From: Podarcis filfolensis
Taxonomy: Eukaryota
Assembly: GCA_964270895.1 (NCBI GenBank)
Contig: OZ185435.1
Strand: one strand, 5' to 3'
DNA: 64,000 bases
Below are positions 34,301-47,500 of this stretch, piece by piece. A model generated the notes under the pieces. The model was not told the origin of the DNA, did not search any database, and was given only the letters and a program-made list of their open reading frames with translations. Each line of letters begins with the position of its first letter. Position 1 is the stretch's first letter. Made by a program: the position numbers and the translations under genes.

Positions 34301-37300
34301 GGGGCTGATGGGAGTTGGAGTCCAACCACATCTGGAAGGCATTGCACTGGGTATCTCTAAGTAATCCCTTCTTGCTGCAGATTCCATATTGAGAAATGAA
34401 GCTCTTCCATACCATTCAGACTGTTTCTGCATTCTCTCTTTTGAAATGATATATTTTATGTATAAATGGCACTGGGGATCTCTTGGAAATAGGTGACCAA
34501 TGGTTACATTCAGACCCTATGCAACTCAGCCTTCATTGTGGTTACTTCGGCTGCACTAAAGGCAGCAACGATGGGCCTACCTGTTATACTTGTCTTTTCC
34601 TGCAGGATATTCAGGAGTTGTTGGCCAGCTGGACAGGGCATTTGCAAGGAGCAGAGTGTATCTTCCTTCGTGCCCCTCGCACCAACCGAGCTCGGTTTTT
34701 TGGCAGCAAAAATAGCCCTCTTCAGCGAGATGATCCCCGTATCCGGGGCATTCCTTTCAGCACCCGGAGAGCCACCTTCCACGAGGTGCAGCGGGTGCAT
34801 GGGGTTCTGAGCAGTCTGCAAGTGTATGGTGAGCACAGCTTTTAGTCCCCAAGTACTTGAAATGATGCTCCAAAGTCTTTGTGTATACTGTTTCTGACTA
34901 TAATCTTGGTTCTCGCCTAGAGATGTGGAGGCCCAGGGATGGGGTGGAGTATTGGAGTGTGTGTGTCATTTCCCTCCCATATCTCTTTTCTGACCTTGTT
35001 TGTTTCTTTTAGCTCTTTTGCTCTTGCTGGAATCGGGCCACTGTGAATTGTCTATCTAGAAATCTGCCATTAGGAGTGGGAGTGGAGGGTATGAAACCAA
35101 GAGGATTTCCATCCTAGAAAACACCATTCTGATTCTTTTGGCAGGCAAAGACACAGCAGTGGCAGATTTGATTTCCTCCCCTCGGAAGAGCTGGAAAAAG
35201 GTCCTTCCTTTGGATGAAGCATCTTCACAGAGTCAAGACATTAGTGAGTTGGAGAGCCTTGCCATCCTTGCCCTTGTAGCAATCCTTCATCCACTGCAGA
35301 TGCTATGTTCACTTTTTACCATCATAATTACCTAGGCTATTGGGTGGAAAGACCACTATGGGCTGCTGAAAGCAGTAAAGCAGGGAATTCTGCCTCCCCT
35401 GGGAAATGGCTTTATGGAGAGCCCTAAAAGAGGGCTGCAGGCAGGAAAATGCTGAAATCACGATGGTGGCTGCTAATGTGTAGGATGTGATCTAACAGTG
35501 GCTGCAGTTCAGCTGACGGAGGACTGATAGGCTGATTTGGATCACCTTCCATACCCCAATCCTCAAGTTCATTGAATGATCCCTACTTTGTTCATCAGAA
35601 GCTGAGAAGGAAAGGCTTAACCACGATCCCGTTTTCTTACAGTCTCTGCAGCAAAGCCAGAGGAGGAGAAGGAGGACGAAGAGAAAAGTCTACAGCAGCT
35701 GGAGTTGGTAGAGCAGACACTGAGTACACTGGAACTCCGAGAATTTGAAGTGGAACCAAAATTAAATCGCAAGAAGAAAAGGAAGAAACAAAAAACACTG
35801 ATGGGTAGGTGGCTGAGGTAATGGACCTATTATTAGGTACAGATAGTGGGTGCATTCTCTTTCTAGAATGGCTAAATTATTTGCCTGCCTTGAGAGACAC
35901 CGACCAGAGCCCCATAGTTTGGTGTCCTTGGCAGCTGCTTCCTATCAAGATGCAGGCTCCCAGGATAAGAAAGCCATGATGGGCTCTGGGCCATAATCTA
36001 GAGGGACCTTAGTTCACAGAAAGTCAGAAGCTACAACCCAGAAACTGAAATACAGTCCGTTTGGGAAGAAAGTTGTGCAAGCATTGGATATTCAATTAAA
36101 GCAAACCCCTGGGACAAACTGCATTCAGCATTTGCAGAAATGGCAACATCTTACCTGATCAAAGCACCGCTGTCTCTGTTAAGTAATCTGTTCTAGCTTA
36201 AAAATGTGCAATAGAAGAATGGCAACCAACATGATAAAATAGAACACATAGGATTCCTGTAGACAGAGGTGGGGTGGAGGGGACATTGCATTATGGGGAA
36301 ATCAGTTTTGTACTTGCCGCAAGAGAGTCCACCCTCTTCTACTTTCTGGGAGGCAGTGCTTTCACATCTTTGTTCTGCTTTCTTTACTCATGAGGACTGG
36401 GGCTTTAAAGTGAAATCTGATAGGTGTGCTGGATTTCATTATACTACCTGCCTTTCATGGGATGACTTGTGTGGCTGAAGGGGAGCCACCGCAGACCCAG
36501 AGAAGTCAGTGTCAGCTGAGATGGTTCCAAAGATTTAAGAGAGCGCAAATGAAGGCTGTCTTAAACCACCCTTCTAAATTACCCCTTCTGAATCTGCATC
36601 ATCTCAATGTTATAGGTTGGACTGCATCCATCTCTAGTCTTAAGGTTAAAAGCAGGAGCTGCTGCTGCAGCTTTGGAGTCAGAGCAGTGCCGTTGATGAT
36701 CAGCTGTTCCCAAGCAGAAAAAGGGAACCGCAGTTCTCCTGTCTTTCTGTTTGTGTGGAACAGTATCAGCATCACAAAACTGATGGTTCTCTGGGACTGC
36801 TCTCCTCATGCTGCATCCTATTAGCCATGATGTTAGTGACACTTGGAGCAAGTTGGGAGAGAGGGGTGGGCTTTTAGAACATGGGTCCTGCATGCTGGTT
36901 AGTTCATCTGAATCCATCATTCATGCATTTCTGGGTAATTCCAGACAAAGTTACGGGGATCAGAATGGTACTGATAGACTAAAATGAACTGGACAGGAAA
37001 CAACACCTTGCATGTTCTTTCTTTTGAAGCAGAGTCCTCCACTGAGACTTCAGGAGGTGTGAAAGAGCCCAAGGCTTTGTTGCCCAGAACAGAGGAGTCA
37101 CCCAAGACCCAGAATTGTCTGAAATATGATGGTGAGTTTGGGGGTGGTTGTGTGAGCATCAGCAAGATCTGCACTTCCCCACTCTGTTCTATAATAAGGG
37201 GTTCTACAACAACTTGCCATTTGGGCCATTATTGTAGGTTGGAAGCCTGTGCTGGTTAAGGGAGTGGCAAAACCAAGACTTGACATTCTGTTTACCCTTA

Positions 37301-40300
37301 GAGGTAACATGGATATTTCATGGTTAATGTGAGACTCTTCCTTCCTTCCTCTAGGTCTTAGCACATCGTTACAAGATGCCTTGTTCACAGCGTGTAAGAT
37401 GGGAGACCTGAAGGCACTACAGCATCTTCTGGGTAGAGATAATAGCACAGCAGATAAAGCAGATGACTGCAATGGTATCACCCCGCAGCAATTGCTCAAC
37501 TCACCCCTGGATGAGAGTGGCTGGACCCTTTTGCATGTGGCGGCAGCAGCTGGAAGGAGTACAGTTGTGCGGCTGCTGTTGGAGATGGGGGCTGATCCAT
37601 CCCTTAGGTAATGCCCAGCTTGAGAAGACTATATTGATTCCTAGAGTCCTAAGACCTGGTTCTTGAGTTGCACTTCTGCTCTTTGAGTCAGAACTGCTGA
37701 CCCCATGAAATTCAAGCTGCTCCTCTTGAGTGTCAGCTGTCCTTGACTCAGTTACACATTAAGTCTGAGCCCAGGTCTTTCAGAGGTATTGAGAATTAGT
37801 TGTTCTCAAAGGGCCAGAGCACTTGAGGGCCACTTTGTCCAAGTACCTATGCAAGCATAGGAAGCTGGAGGACATTCCACTCTCTGGGACAAATTTCAAA
37901 TCTGTTCATAGCCTGGGATGGTTTGGGCTTCTCTCTCACTTCCAGTACCCAGTCGTAGAAGCAACAAAAGTGATGTGGCACATGCTGCTTCCATTTCCCA
38001 GCAGTGTCATCTTCTACAGTGGTTAGGGTTGCCATATTTCCAAAAGAAAAAACCAGAGCACCCCAAAAGCCCCCCAAAAAGTGAATTTTTGATTGACTTG
38101 CCTAAGATCCAGGACAAAGCGCTGCCTTCTGGAAATTCCCCCCTGACGTCAACTCCCCAGTAATGTCTGGGGAAATCTGGATGTATGGCAGCCTAACTGT
38201 GGTGTAGGTCACAGATCTGGACCTAAAGTTACATTGTGTTTCCTCCCCAGGGACAGACAGGAACAGCCTCCATACTGTGTTTCTGCCAATAAACAAACTC
38301 GTAATGAATTCCGTAGGTTCAGGGGTGAACAGCCTGAGAAATATGACTACGACCGGGCTCAGGTGGGTGGATGTATGTATGAAGAATGCTCTGGATGCAC
38401 GTATGAAGAATTGGAAAGTGTCTAGTGTGGACGCTTACACTTGTGAATAAATAGAAAGCAAGTGCAAGTTGATCATCCTGGGCCAAGCCAGCTGCCCACA
38501 GAAGACTCCTTATCTGTTCTTGTATGTTACTGACCTTGGACAGTTTTTGAGTTGCACAGCTTGCAGTTTAAGAAGGGAAGGCTTGATAAGAAGAATTTCA
38601 GAGTCCTTTTTGTCTTCCTTCCACTAATTCCCACGTAACTTAACTATTTGGGGTGGGGGGCTCTTTTAGACCCTGCCACCTGTACCCATCCTTTGCATAT
38701 CTCTCTGGAATCTCACACTCAGTGCAAAAGGCATCCTGGATTTCTCTTAATCAAATGCTCGCTCAAGCAGGCATTAATTTAAGTGAAAGATACCTTTGAG
38801 TATGTGTATGAAGGACTTTTGTGTGTGTTTGTTTAAATCTCCCAGCTCTAAATATGCTATTGGAGTGAGCAGAGATGGGAAGGGAATGAATTTTGATGGT
38901 GTCTAGGGACTTTGCATCCAGAGATGTAGTAGGGCAGCAGCATACACAGAACAAAGGGAGACTCAAGCCCCTTTCAGGATCTTTTCTGGCTACCTGCTGC
39001 TGGGACCGGGCCCTTTTCTGCTGGATCCACATCTACTGTGTAATTGCAGGTGCCTGGACCCCTGACGGCAGAAATGGAAGCCAGACAGGCAGAACGCCGC
39101 CAAGCACAAAAGGCCCAGCGGAAGCAGCGTGAGAAAGAGAAACGAGAGGCACAGCAGCTGCTTGAGCAAGAAGAGGACGAGAAACGGTGCTTTGCCCTGC
39201 TGAGTGATCGTGAGAAGGTGAGAGCCTAAGATTCAGGTGACTCAAGGAAGAAAAGGCGGCTTAACAGATGATGGCATCACTTCTGGTGCTACAAGTTTCC
39301 TGATATGATACATGGCATCATCTGCTGTGCTGATCACAGAGAGCTCGCTTGACCAATGTTGTTCGAGAGAAGCTGTGGTTTCATGTAAAGAAAAGATTTT
39401 GCTGTTTCCTTATCCTGACAGTTGGTTATATTGGGTCATCCCTGTTGGTGTGGATATCCTTCTAGTTCTAGCATCTCCTGAGAAAGACACTTGATAAGAC
39501 TTATTATACTGTTTTTCCTGAACCAGGCAACATCGGCCACTTTGGAGTGTTTTCGTTGCCATTTCTGAACCCATCTGTGCAAGACAACCAGAATGGGTTT
39601 TTTGTTTTAGAATGTAATGAGGATCTTGAAGATCTACTTAATGTTGTCATGCTGGGATATGTCCTGAATCTAGGTAGGCATCTCTGTCTTTTCCATGGAC
39701 ATGACCTATATTTAAGAAAGGCCTCCTGAGATAGAGAATAACTCACAGATCTGTCCTACTTCCTGAGTCTTTGCTATACAGCCAAAGTTACCTTGAGAAA
39801 GGAAATTGGAACCTGCTACTCTGAACCAGTCTGTTCCTGCTCTGTAAACCGTGTGTGTTATTCTGATGGACTTAAATATCATAGGGCATTTCTGCTGCAT
39901 TTTACTAAAATACTTACGCCCTCCTGTTAGGAAGATCTCTGGTGAAATCTGTTTAGTTTTTAGTTTCCACAAGCTCCCTTGAATAAAAGGAACATGGCTA
40001 ACTCTGGACTTAGTATGTGACACACAAGCAGATTGCTTTTATAGTTTGACTCAGCTCTGGAACATCCTTGCACATCCTCCTAAATGAACCACTTGTTTTA
40101 CATAGGATTTTGTACAATGGGATGAAGACACTTCTCCCTATAGACCCTGGGGGACAGTTCTTTGTTGTTGTTCCTAATAGTATGTGTGTATTTCTTCTTA
40201 GCGTGCGTTGGCGGCTGAGAAGAGACTTGCTTCCCAACTAAAAGACTCCAGTGCAACTCTTACCAATACCAGGTAAGGTGGGTGAGTGGTGTGTTCCTTT

Positions 40301-40480
40301 TTGGCATGACCTCCAACTACAATGATTCCAAGCTCATGCTGTCTCTTTGGTATCTATAGGCGCTGTTGGCTGTGTGGAGAGTCGCTACTAGGACGCATTC
40401 CCTTCCATTACCTTGACTTCTCCTTCTGCTCCACGAACTGTCTGCGAACTCATCGACAATCAAATGCTGCCCTGTCCTAG
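28378..40480 (+). CDS. ANKZF1: Ankyrin repeat and zinc finger peptidyl-tRNA hydrolase/tRNA endonuclease ANKZF1 (Vms1 homolog), CDS 2076 nt / 691 aa
   Basis: Coding exons: 28378-28492, 29178-29275, 31157-31259, 31857-32041 (GC donor), 32781-32896, 33848-33995, 34606-34828, 35145-35243, 35643-35804, 37030-37131, 37355-37607, 38251-38362, 39050-39217, 40202-40272, 40360-40480 (TAG). Contains a C2H2 finger (CSACSKAF...EHYRLDWH), a VLRF1 domain ([28 protein letters not shown]), ankyrin repeats ([13 protein letters not shown]...LLLEMGADP), a coiled coil and the C-terminal RCWLCG...[20 protein letters not shown] at 40535. The low-conservation middle exons (35145-37131) are less certain. Confidence 0.94.
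30060..30885 (+). mobile_element. CR1 LINE 3' fragment (interrupted)
   Basis: CR1-like 3' end text (gattcagggcagacaaaagg...ggattagacaaa / gaataaggctatcaatggc...ggtccaatc...ttcttatgttc). Shorter CR1-like 3' pieces occur near 21505-21620, 23420-23760, 31270-31350 and 53010-53110. Family assigned from memory. Confidence 0.6.
30190..30645. mobile_element. Older hAT-like element inserted in a CR1 3' fragment
   Basis: TIRs CAGGGGTGGGGA / TCCCCACCCCTG; no TSD is recognisable. CR1-like sequence resumes on both sides. Confidence 0.6.
38024..38195. mobile_element. hAT MITE (TAGGGTTGCCA-type ends)
   Basis: TIRs TAGGGTTGCCATA / TATGGCAGCCTA and a near-exact 8-bp TSD ACAGTGGT / ACTGTGGT. Confidence 0.75.
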
Positions 40481-41578
40481 CTAGGGTTTTTTAAATTTGG
40501 GCCTTAATGATCTACTTCCTAGAATCTGAATGGAAATAAAACATCTAGTCTATGACTGCTGTCACTTAGATGAGTAAGTGCAGCAAAAACATATTAATTG
40601 CTTCCGTGTACTCTAGAGGAGGCTAACCTGGGCAGCTGGTACCTTACTGGCTGATAAATGACACCTCTAAAAGGTCTTTTTCTTCCTTTTTACACTAGAA
40701 GCAGGATTTTATGTATGGGAGATGGGGTTGGAGGAGGCATTGGAAGACTGCTTTCCATGAGGAAAGGAGTACAGGTTCCTTTTAGAGACTGGAGAGAAGA
40801 GGGTGAGACACTGGTTTCTTTGCTAGCTCCAAGTATACCAATGTTAACAGAATCCTCATGAGAAATTTTTTCCAGGAAAAGAACTATTTGATCAGTTATT
40901 TCCTCAAATAAAATAATAGCTACAGTAACATGGACCTGCTGCTATCTCTAGCCCTGACTATGTCTCTAAAAGTTACTGCAAAACAAGTTATACAAGAAGG
41001 CTTATGAGTCAAGATACAACAAATGTCCTTTTTAAGGTGGTGCAGAGAATTTCTCCCTTTGCTTCTAATGTTGCATAGAGGTTAGGGGTATTGTTGTGCC
41101 ATGTCATCAATCTCTGCCACCCCTTGCATGGCCGCCACCACTATTTTCATTGCATTGTTTGGGCAGCTTCCAACCGGAGCCATTCTTATTTGCCTTTCCT
41201 CATACCTTTCTCTTCCCCCTGCCCTAGCCTCTCAAAGTATCGTGAATGAATCAACTACAATGCAAAACTGTGGTAGGTGTATGAATATTTAATCCAAGGT
41301 CCAGTACCTAAAACACCATATTAAGGCACCAAGAGTCTGTCCATGGTAATGTGCCCTATACAGCAGCAGCTGTGAAGGCTCCTCCGCTGAACGGTTTTGA
41401 ATACTTACAATCTTTTTTCTAGTTTTGTTTTTTTACCTGGGTTACTCTTTAAAAGCACAGAACCTTCATCTGACAGTGCCCTCTATTCATTTGCCTCCTA
41501 CATTGTGATGGTTTCAGTCTTCCCCTTGGAGTAACACGTGCAGATCTCAGCAACTTCGTAGCTGGACAGGAATTCCTC

Positions 41579-44500
41579 TCACTTCCTGTCTTTGTGGGTG
41601 TAGTTGTAGGTAACATTGAGAAGGGGACGGGAAACAAAAAGCACTTTGGGATTATCTGGGGCTTCCTGCAGTTCAAGAACGACGAGTGTGTTGATGGCTG
41701 AGCCACTGAGGAATGAGCCAGGCACATAGAGAGTTTGCTGCGGTCCACGAACTGGCCAGAACCGGCCCAGATTGAAACCATTGATCCAGACCTGACCCTG
41801 GGTGAAAACGTGAGAGGGGCTTTTATAAAACAATACATTTTTTGGAGCACCCTGAAACACTACTCTTCTTGGTTCCAACAGCCACTATTATCTACTGTTA
41901 TTTATGCCTAGATCATTTGAAACAAACACAGCTTGATGGGTGCAGTGGGAAACATGTTTCCTTCAAAACACGTTGCACTGATTTTAAGCACAATTTCTTA
42001 GGGAGTAGGTGGGCATAGACTGACTTTATTTCCATGGCCTTAACATTTAATATACCATTAGTTTGATACTATTACCCTTTCTCCAGCCACTGTTTTAAGA
42101 TTATCAATGTGTAAGAGTGGCAACTAGCTGTTTGGGTGGCAGGGGCCCCTTTGCCCATAACTAGACACAGCAGAAAAGCTGAGGGAAAGAACATAGCTGT
42201 CTCAATGAAGGTTGGTCTACTCATTATGATGCCATAGGAGGAAGGGCGGGTATTAGTGTTAGAAACAGAGGTGAAAGCTAGGAGCTAAATGGCACCTAAA
42301 ACCTAGGTTATGGGCGCAACAACGGAATGTCTAGGCACCCTTTTTATAACAAGAATACCAAGCTGAAAATGAATGAGCTGCAGCTAAAATATGTTCATTT
42401 TTTAACATGGTCTACTCCTTCCCTGCCCCCTGCCCCCAATATTCTTAAGAGGGTCTCTTCTCCAGTCTTCAGAGAATAGCTGGAAGTGGGGAGGCAGAAA
42501 ATGGTCCTCCTTTCCTTCCACTTTGCAGTTCTAATCTGAAATTTTAGGTGCAGTACTACGCCCAGAGTGCAGAAACTGCTTGCGCTAATGAAATTCCCTG
42601 TCACAAAAGAACAATGGGAGTTTTTAATACTGGCAGGTATCAGTTTAATAATTGAATAAATTGGAGTTAATCTGAGGATTTCAGTACCTTTGTCCAACCT
42701 GGGAGCTTCAAGTAGGAGTCCTCACTGATGCCCGGTGTTGTGAACGTTCCTGTATAGAAAGCAGGTCCTGTGTGCCCACTGCTTGACTGGGCAGTTGGCG
42801 GCCATGCATGGGCTACAGCTGTGTCTATGTCTAGGGGATAGATGATCCAGTCACTGAGTATGGAGGTACCCAATGTGATATTGTGGATCAGACCCTGGGC
42901 ACAAAGATAAGTTAGAGGTAGGTTAGGTGCAGTCGAGAATAAGGTTAGAAAAGCACCCACAGGAGGAGATGGTGGAGTAGATAGCTGTCAAATAACCAAC
43001 ACAGCAGTGCACCCCAACACCCCTGAGTGTTCATTCTTAGATCTATTTTGCCATTCACATTATTGACTTAAGTCACATCAGATCTTGCAGCAGCTAAAAA
43101 GTGGGACTGCCCCACTTCAGCTCTACTGTAGCCCATTTCCTAAGGCAGCACAATACAACATTCCAAAAAGCAGAGAAGGCCCTCACTTCTTTCATTAGAC
43201 TCTAGTCCAGTTGTTCCCCACAGACAACTTGAAAATTGCCGAGTGCCTTGGTGGACCACTTAATGACTTTTCTTCCTGTGGTTGCCATAGTAATGTGCTG
43301 ATTATGATTGTACAGTATTACAGTTTGAATTCCATAGTTACTCCCGTATGCGTATGAGACAGCAGCCTTTAAGTCCATGCCAACCATGCATGCCTCCAAT
43401 GGACAATAGTGGAAGTGTTATCCTTCAGCCAACTATTCTGGCAGTAGTAGCCCCAGGCTCCCTTTTCAAATGCACCTTAAAGTCACTGTCATTGGCCCCA
43501 AAGTTGATGCGACCCATGCTCTCCACCACCAAGTCCAATGTGTCCCCAAGCTGGCCCGATATATTGATCCCATTCACTCTGTCTCTTTCCAGTGTCCCCT
43601 GGTACTCCTGAAGCAGGAAAGAAATAAGGTTAGCTGGTGCTCTAAGACAGAGCTGAAGCAAAGCTCCTGTGTGCTCCAGGCTCTGACCCATCCTATGAAA
43701 ATGCAGTGAACCAGAGTGTGGGCCTAGGACTTGTTATACCCTTCAGTTTACCTAAGTAATAATCTTCCCTACCCACTAGGAAGGGCCCCACTCTCCACCT
43801 TACTCCATTGAGCAGAACGTAGGCAAGATCATGGACCCCATTCCCAGAGGCACTGAGCAAGGCAGACTCCACGATTTCCTGCGGTAGAAGGGTCCGGTAG
43901 AGCATGAAGCCATGGGCCTGGAATGCAGAACAGAATCCGCAAGAGGTGTCAACTGCAATCCCACTGGGGACTCTTAAGCAGAAATAGCCATGGGCCTTTG
44001 CTGACCCAGACTCTTAATCTACTTTCTTACCTGCTTCAGAGCTTCAAAGGTGATAGGATAGGAGGAATAGAATGGCAAGGAAGGCGAGAGAATGGCAAGA
44101 ACATCCAGCAAGGCCACACGCTACAGAAAAGATGATGGGTTCATGTATAGCCTTTAAATTGTTCAATTATTCAAGTATGCTTCCCCCAACCCACCCAAAT
44201 GGCTATTCTTAATTTTCTTATCACCCCAAAGCTAAGGATACAGCAACACTAAAACCAGGAGAAAACAAGTAAAGATTGTAGAGTCAATCATAAAATGCTT
44301 TCAGAAATAAAAACCACTTTAATCACAATCTAAAAATGAGTCTGTTGTGCCACCACCAAGAAGGCCCTGTACCTATCTTTACATGTGCAGTCTCTCATAT
44401 ACAATCATCACAGAGGCTCCTCTGCTTTCCACCAGCTCCCATTTCACTTCCTTCAGACTTCTCCCCAGTTTGCTTTCCTGCCTTACCAACTTGCACCTCA

Positions 44501-47500
44501 GCTGAAACACACTGAAAGTTCAGGAAGGTGCCCACAAGAGAGCAAAGTCACTCCATCATCCAACTAAAGACATGCACTTGTAAGGGAATGGTTTCTAGCT
44601 CTCACTCACCTGGGGTACGGATACATAGCCATATGCAAACTTTGGGGTAGGGGGTGGCATTGGTCCTGCGGGCAGCTCCTGAAACTGAAGTTTTAAAAAA
44701 GAAAACACCATGTCAAGGGAGTTGGGCTGGTAGTTAGGGAAGCAAGGCAGCTCAAAACATTTTGCTGTCAGAAGCAGTACACCAGCAGACCAATCACTCA
44801 GGCTAACTCATTGCACCAGCATCTTGTGAGGATAAAGGGGGTAGGAGAACCTTGCAAAGCTAACCAGAGCTTAGAGAAAGGATAGGATAAAATTATAAAT
44901 AATGAAAACTAAAAGTACCTTGTATTTCTGTGCCTGTGCTAAAGTACATCATCTACAACTTCCAAACCATGTATGGCATGGATGCAACAGGGAACAAGCC
45001 CCACTGGGTAGGACTTACTTTTGAGTAAAGATGTTATACTGTTAGAGCCTCTTACATGCACATGTGCGCGTGCACACGCACACAGTCTCTCAAACACTTG
45101 TTCCCTCTTCCTCCTCAAATCTGCTGCTTGGCTGGTGGCTGCTTATTTTATTTATTGCATTGATTCATCACTTTCTACAAAAATGTCTCAAAACAATTTA
45201 CAAAATATTTCAAAATACCAAACAACTTGTCAACCATTTAAAATCACAGAATAAATATGCATAAAAATGTACGAAGATCTTTTTCCAAAAGCAGTAATAA
45301 AAAGGATTCTACCTCATTAAAAGATTAGCACCAAAAATAGGTAATAAATCATACCCATAGAACGATATAGGTTAAGAACCAAAAACCTGGGCAGGCAATC
45401 AAAAATGTCTTCAGTAACTGCATTCCACCCACTGATAGAAGAGGGCTGTATTGTTACCTTGCTAATGACTGAGCGGATGATATACAGCTTGTCAGTAGGG
45501 TCTCCAGCCTCCGAGAGTGGTGCGTCATAGTCATAGCTAGTAGTTATGGGTTTGTAACCATCCTTGTAATCAGCACCTGGATAGAGAAGGTATGAGAAGC
45601 AAGTGCCTCTTATGTGCCCCCCAACACCTCCATCATCTGGCCAGAAGCTAAGTCTCCCTAGTTGCCCTAAGGAGCTAGAAACTCACCACTCCAGTAACCA
45701 AAGTTTGTGCCACCTTGGAACATATACCTGGAAGAAAGTCAGATATTACAGGAAGAGTTACCCTCCTATTTAAATAAAGGGGCAATGACAGGCAGTGGAA
45801 TAGGAAACAAATATATGTGAACTAATGTGGTGCAGCAGTTGGGGAATGCTTTGGAATAGAAGTGTGCTAGTCTTTGGCCTAGGGCACTGTCTAAGACCAT
45901 GCACCTTACTCTTGTTCTGCAAGGGAATTTTTGTCTGCTAGGGAAATGGCCAAAAAAGATGTGAAAATGTGGCACGCACACACCTCTAAGGCAAAATGAG
46001 AGGTTCACAGTTAACAAGATGAAGCAAAGAGCTATGGATTGGCATTTTGGCACTAGCACTTGCTTCTTTGTACCATCCCTTGTGCCCCACTGCCCACTCT
46101 CCCCTATGGCCTCACGGTTACATGTTGACGTTGGCTCCCATTTCTAGAATCTTCTGTAGGCTGTTAGCCACTTTCTTAGCACTTTTTGTGGAGTGTGCCT
46201 CACCCCAGTAATCCAGCCAGCCAGTGTAGAACTCAGAATTCACCTAGGAGGAAGGCAGAATTAAAACATTTATGGAGCAGTAGCAGTCAGGTCAGTTCCA
46301 TCACTTCTGCTAAAGTACTGGGAATAGGAAATACCAAGTTTGCTCCCTCCTCTGTGTTGGAATCTCATTGTACCAGACCTCACACCTATAATGCCCAGGA
46401 CAGGCTATGTGGTGTGACTGTAGCTTTCACTGCAACACTGGGCAATATGCAACTTCCAACCAATTTTTGTGTGTTAAGGTCCACAGCAATGGGATTATGG
46501 CTCTGGAATAATTTGCTTTCATGCCAAGAAGACAGGCCAGCTTATAGCCTATCAAGAGACTCCTGAAAGCATTGGACTACAAGCTCTTTGGTCTCATAGC
46601 TCAGTAACTGCTGGGGCAAGTGAGGATTTCGCATGCATGACTCTCTGGCTGCCTTGGAAACTGCTACAGAAGGGTCATGGCAGTCAAGTATAAGGGGTGG
46701 AAATAAAACAGAAGATGGCTCGGTTAAGATGGAGCCAGATTATTTTTGGAGATGGGTGCCAAGGAAGGAGTAAGCATAATTTAAGGCATGAGATGCCATT
46801 CTTCTACATGGAAAGGCCAGACCCTCTCACCAGTGGTCCCTTTGGCTCATACAGTCGCTGCAGCATAAATGCCTCCGTCACGTTTTCTTCTGTCAAAGGG
46901 CAAAGAAAGGAGCAGAAGTCAAAGCAAGATTCCTTCCTACCTCCTTCTAATCGTATCAGAGCTCACCCAACATCACTCTACCTGGTCCAAAGTCAACCGT
47001 GGCATATAAGCCCTGCAGTGTCCCGCACTTGAGTTCAGATGCTGAGGTGCCATCTGTGGTGAAGAGCACAGCTTCCTCACCCAGGGAGGCACGAAAGACA
47101 CCCAGTAGGTGGCGCATGTAGTTATAGTCGCAGGCATAGTAGCTCCCATATTCATTCTCCACCTGCCTGGGGAACAGCTGGCATTAAAGAAAGGTGACTC
47201 AGAGCCCACACCCTGCCTAAAGAAAAAGGTGTGTGGTATGTCTTTGTATAGAGCCTCTCTTGTCAAGCACTAGATCTGCAGGATGATGCCCAACCCAATT
47301 TGCACGGGAGGCTGATCACCCAAATAGGTGCACCCCTGCTCTTTGTAAAGGAGGAAAAATTACTGTTCTTGAAAGTTCCAAGGATGCCTGAAGGGCTTTA
47401 TTGTTTACAAGTCCCTCCCCTACTGGACAGGGGGAGGCAGGCACAAAGCAGTGGTTTAAGGCAGGAGTGAGCAGTCTTCTGTCTTTGTTTTTAACTGAAA

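Noticed and set aside
36426-36920. 132-aa and 113-aa ORFs in an ANKZF1 intron as a possible extra exon
   Set aside because: No convincing acceptor/donor pair in the required phase 1; the flanking exons already join in frame.
39265-39324. Hairpin CAGATGATG...CATCATCTG with TGATG/CTGA words (snoRNA-like)
   Set aside because: No proper RTGATGA C box with a terminal D-box stem geometry; probably a chance inverted repeat.
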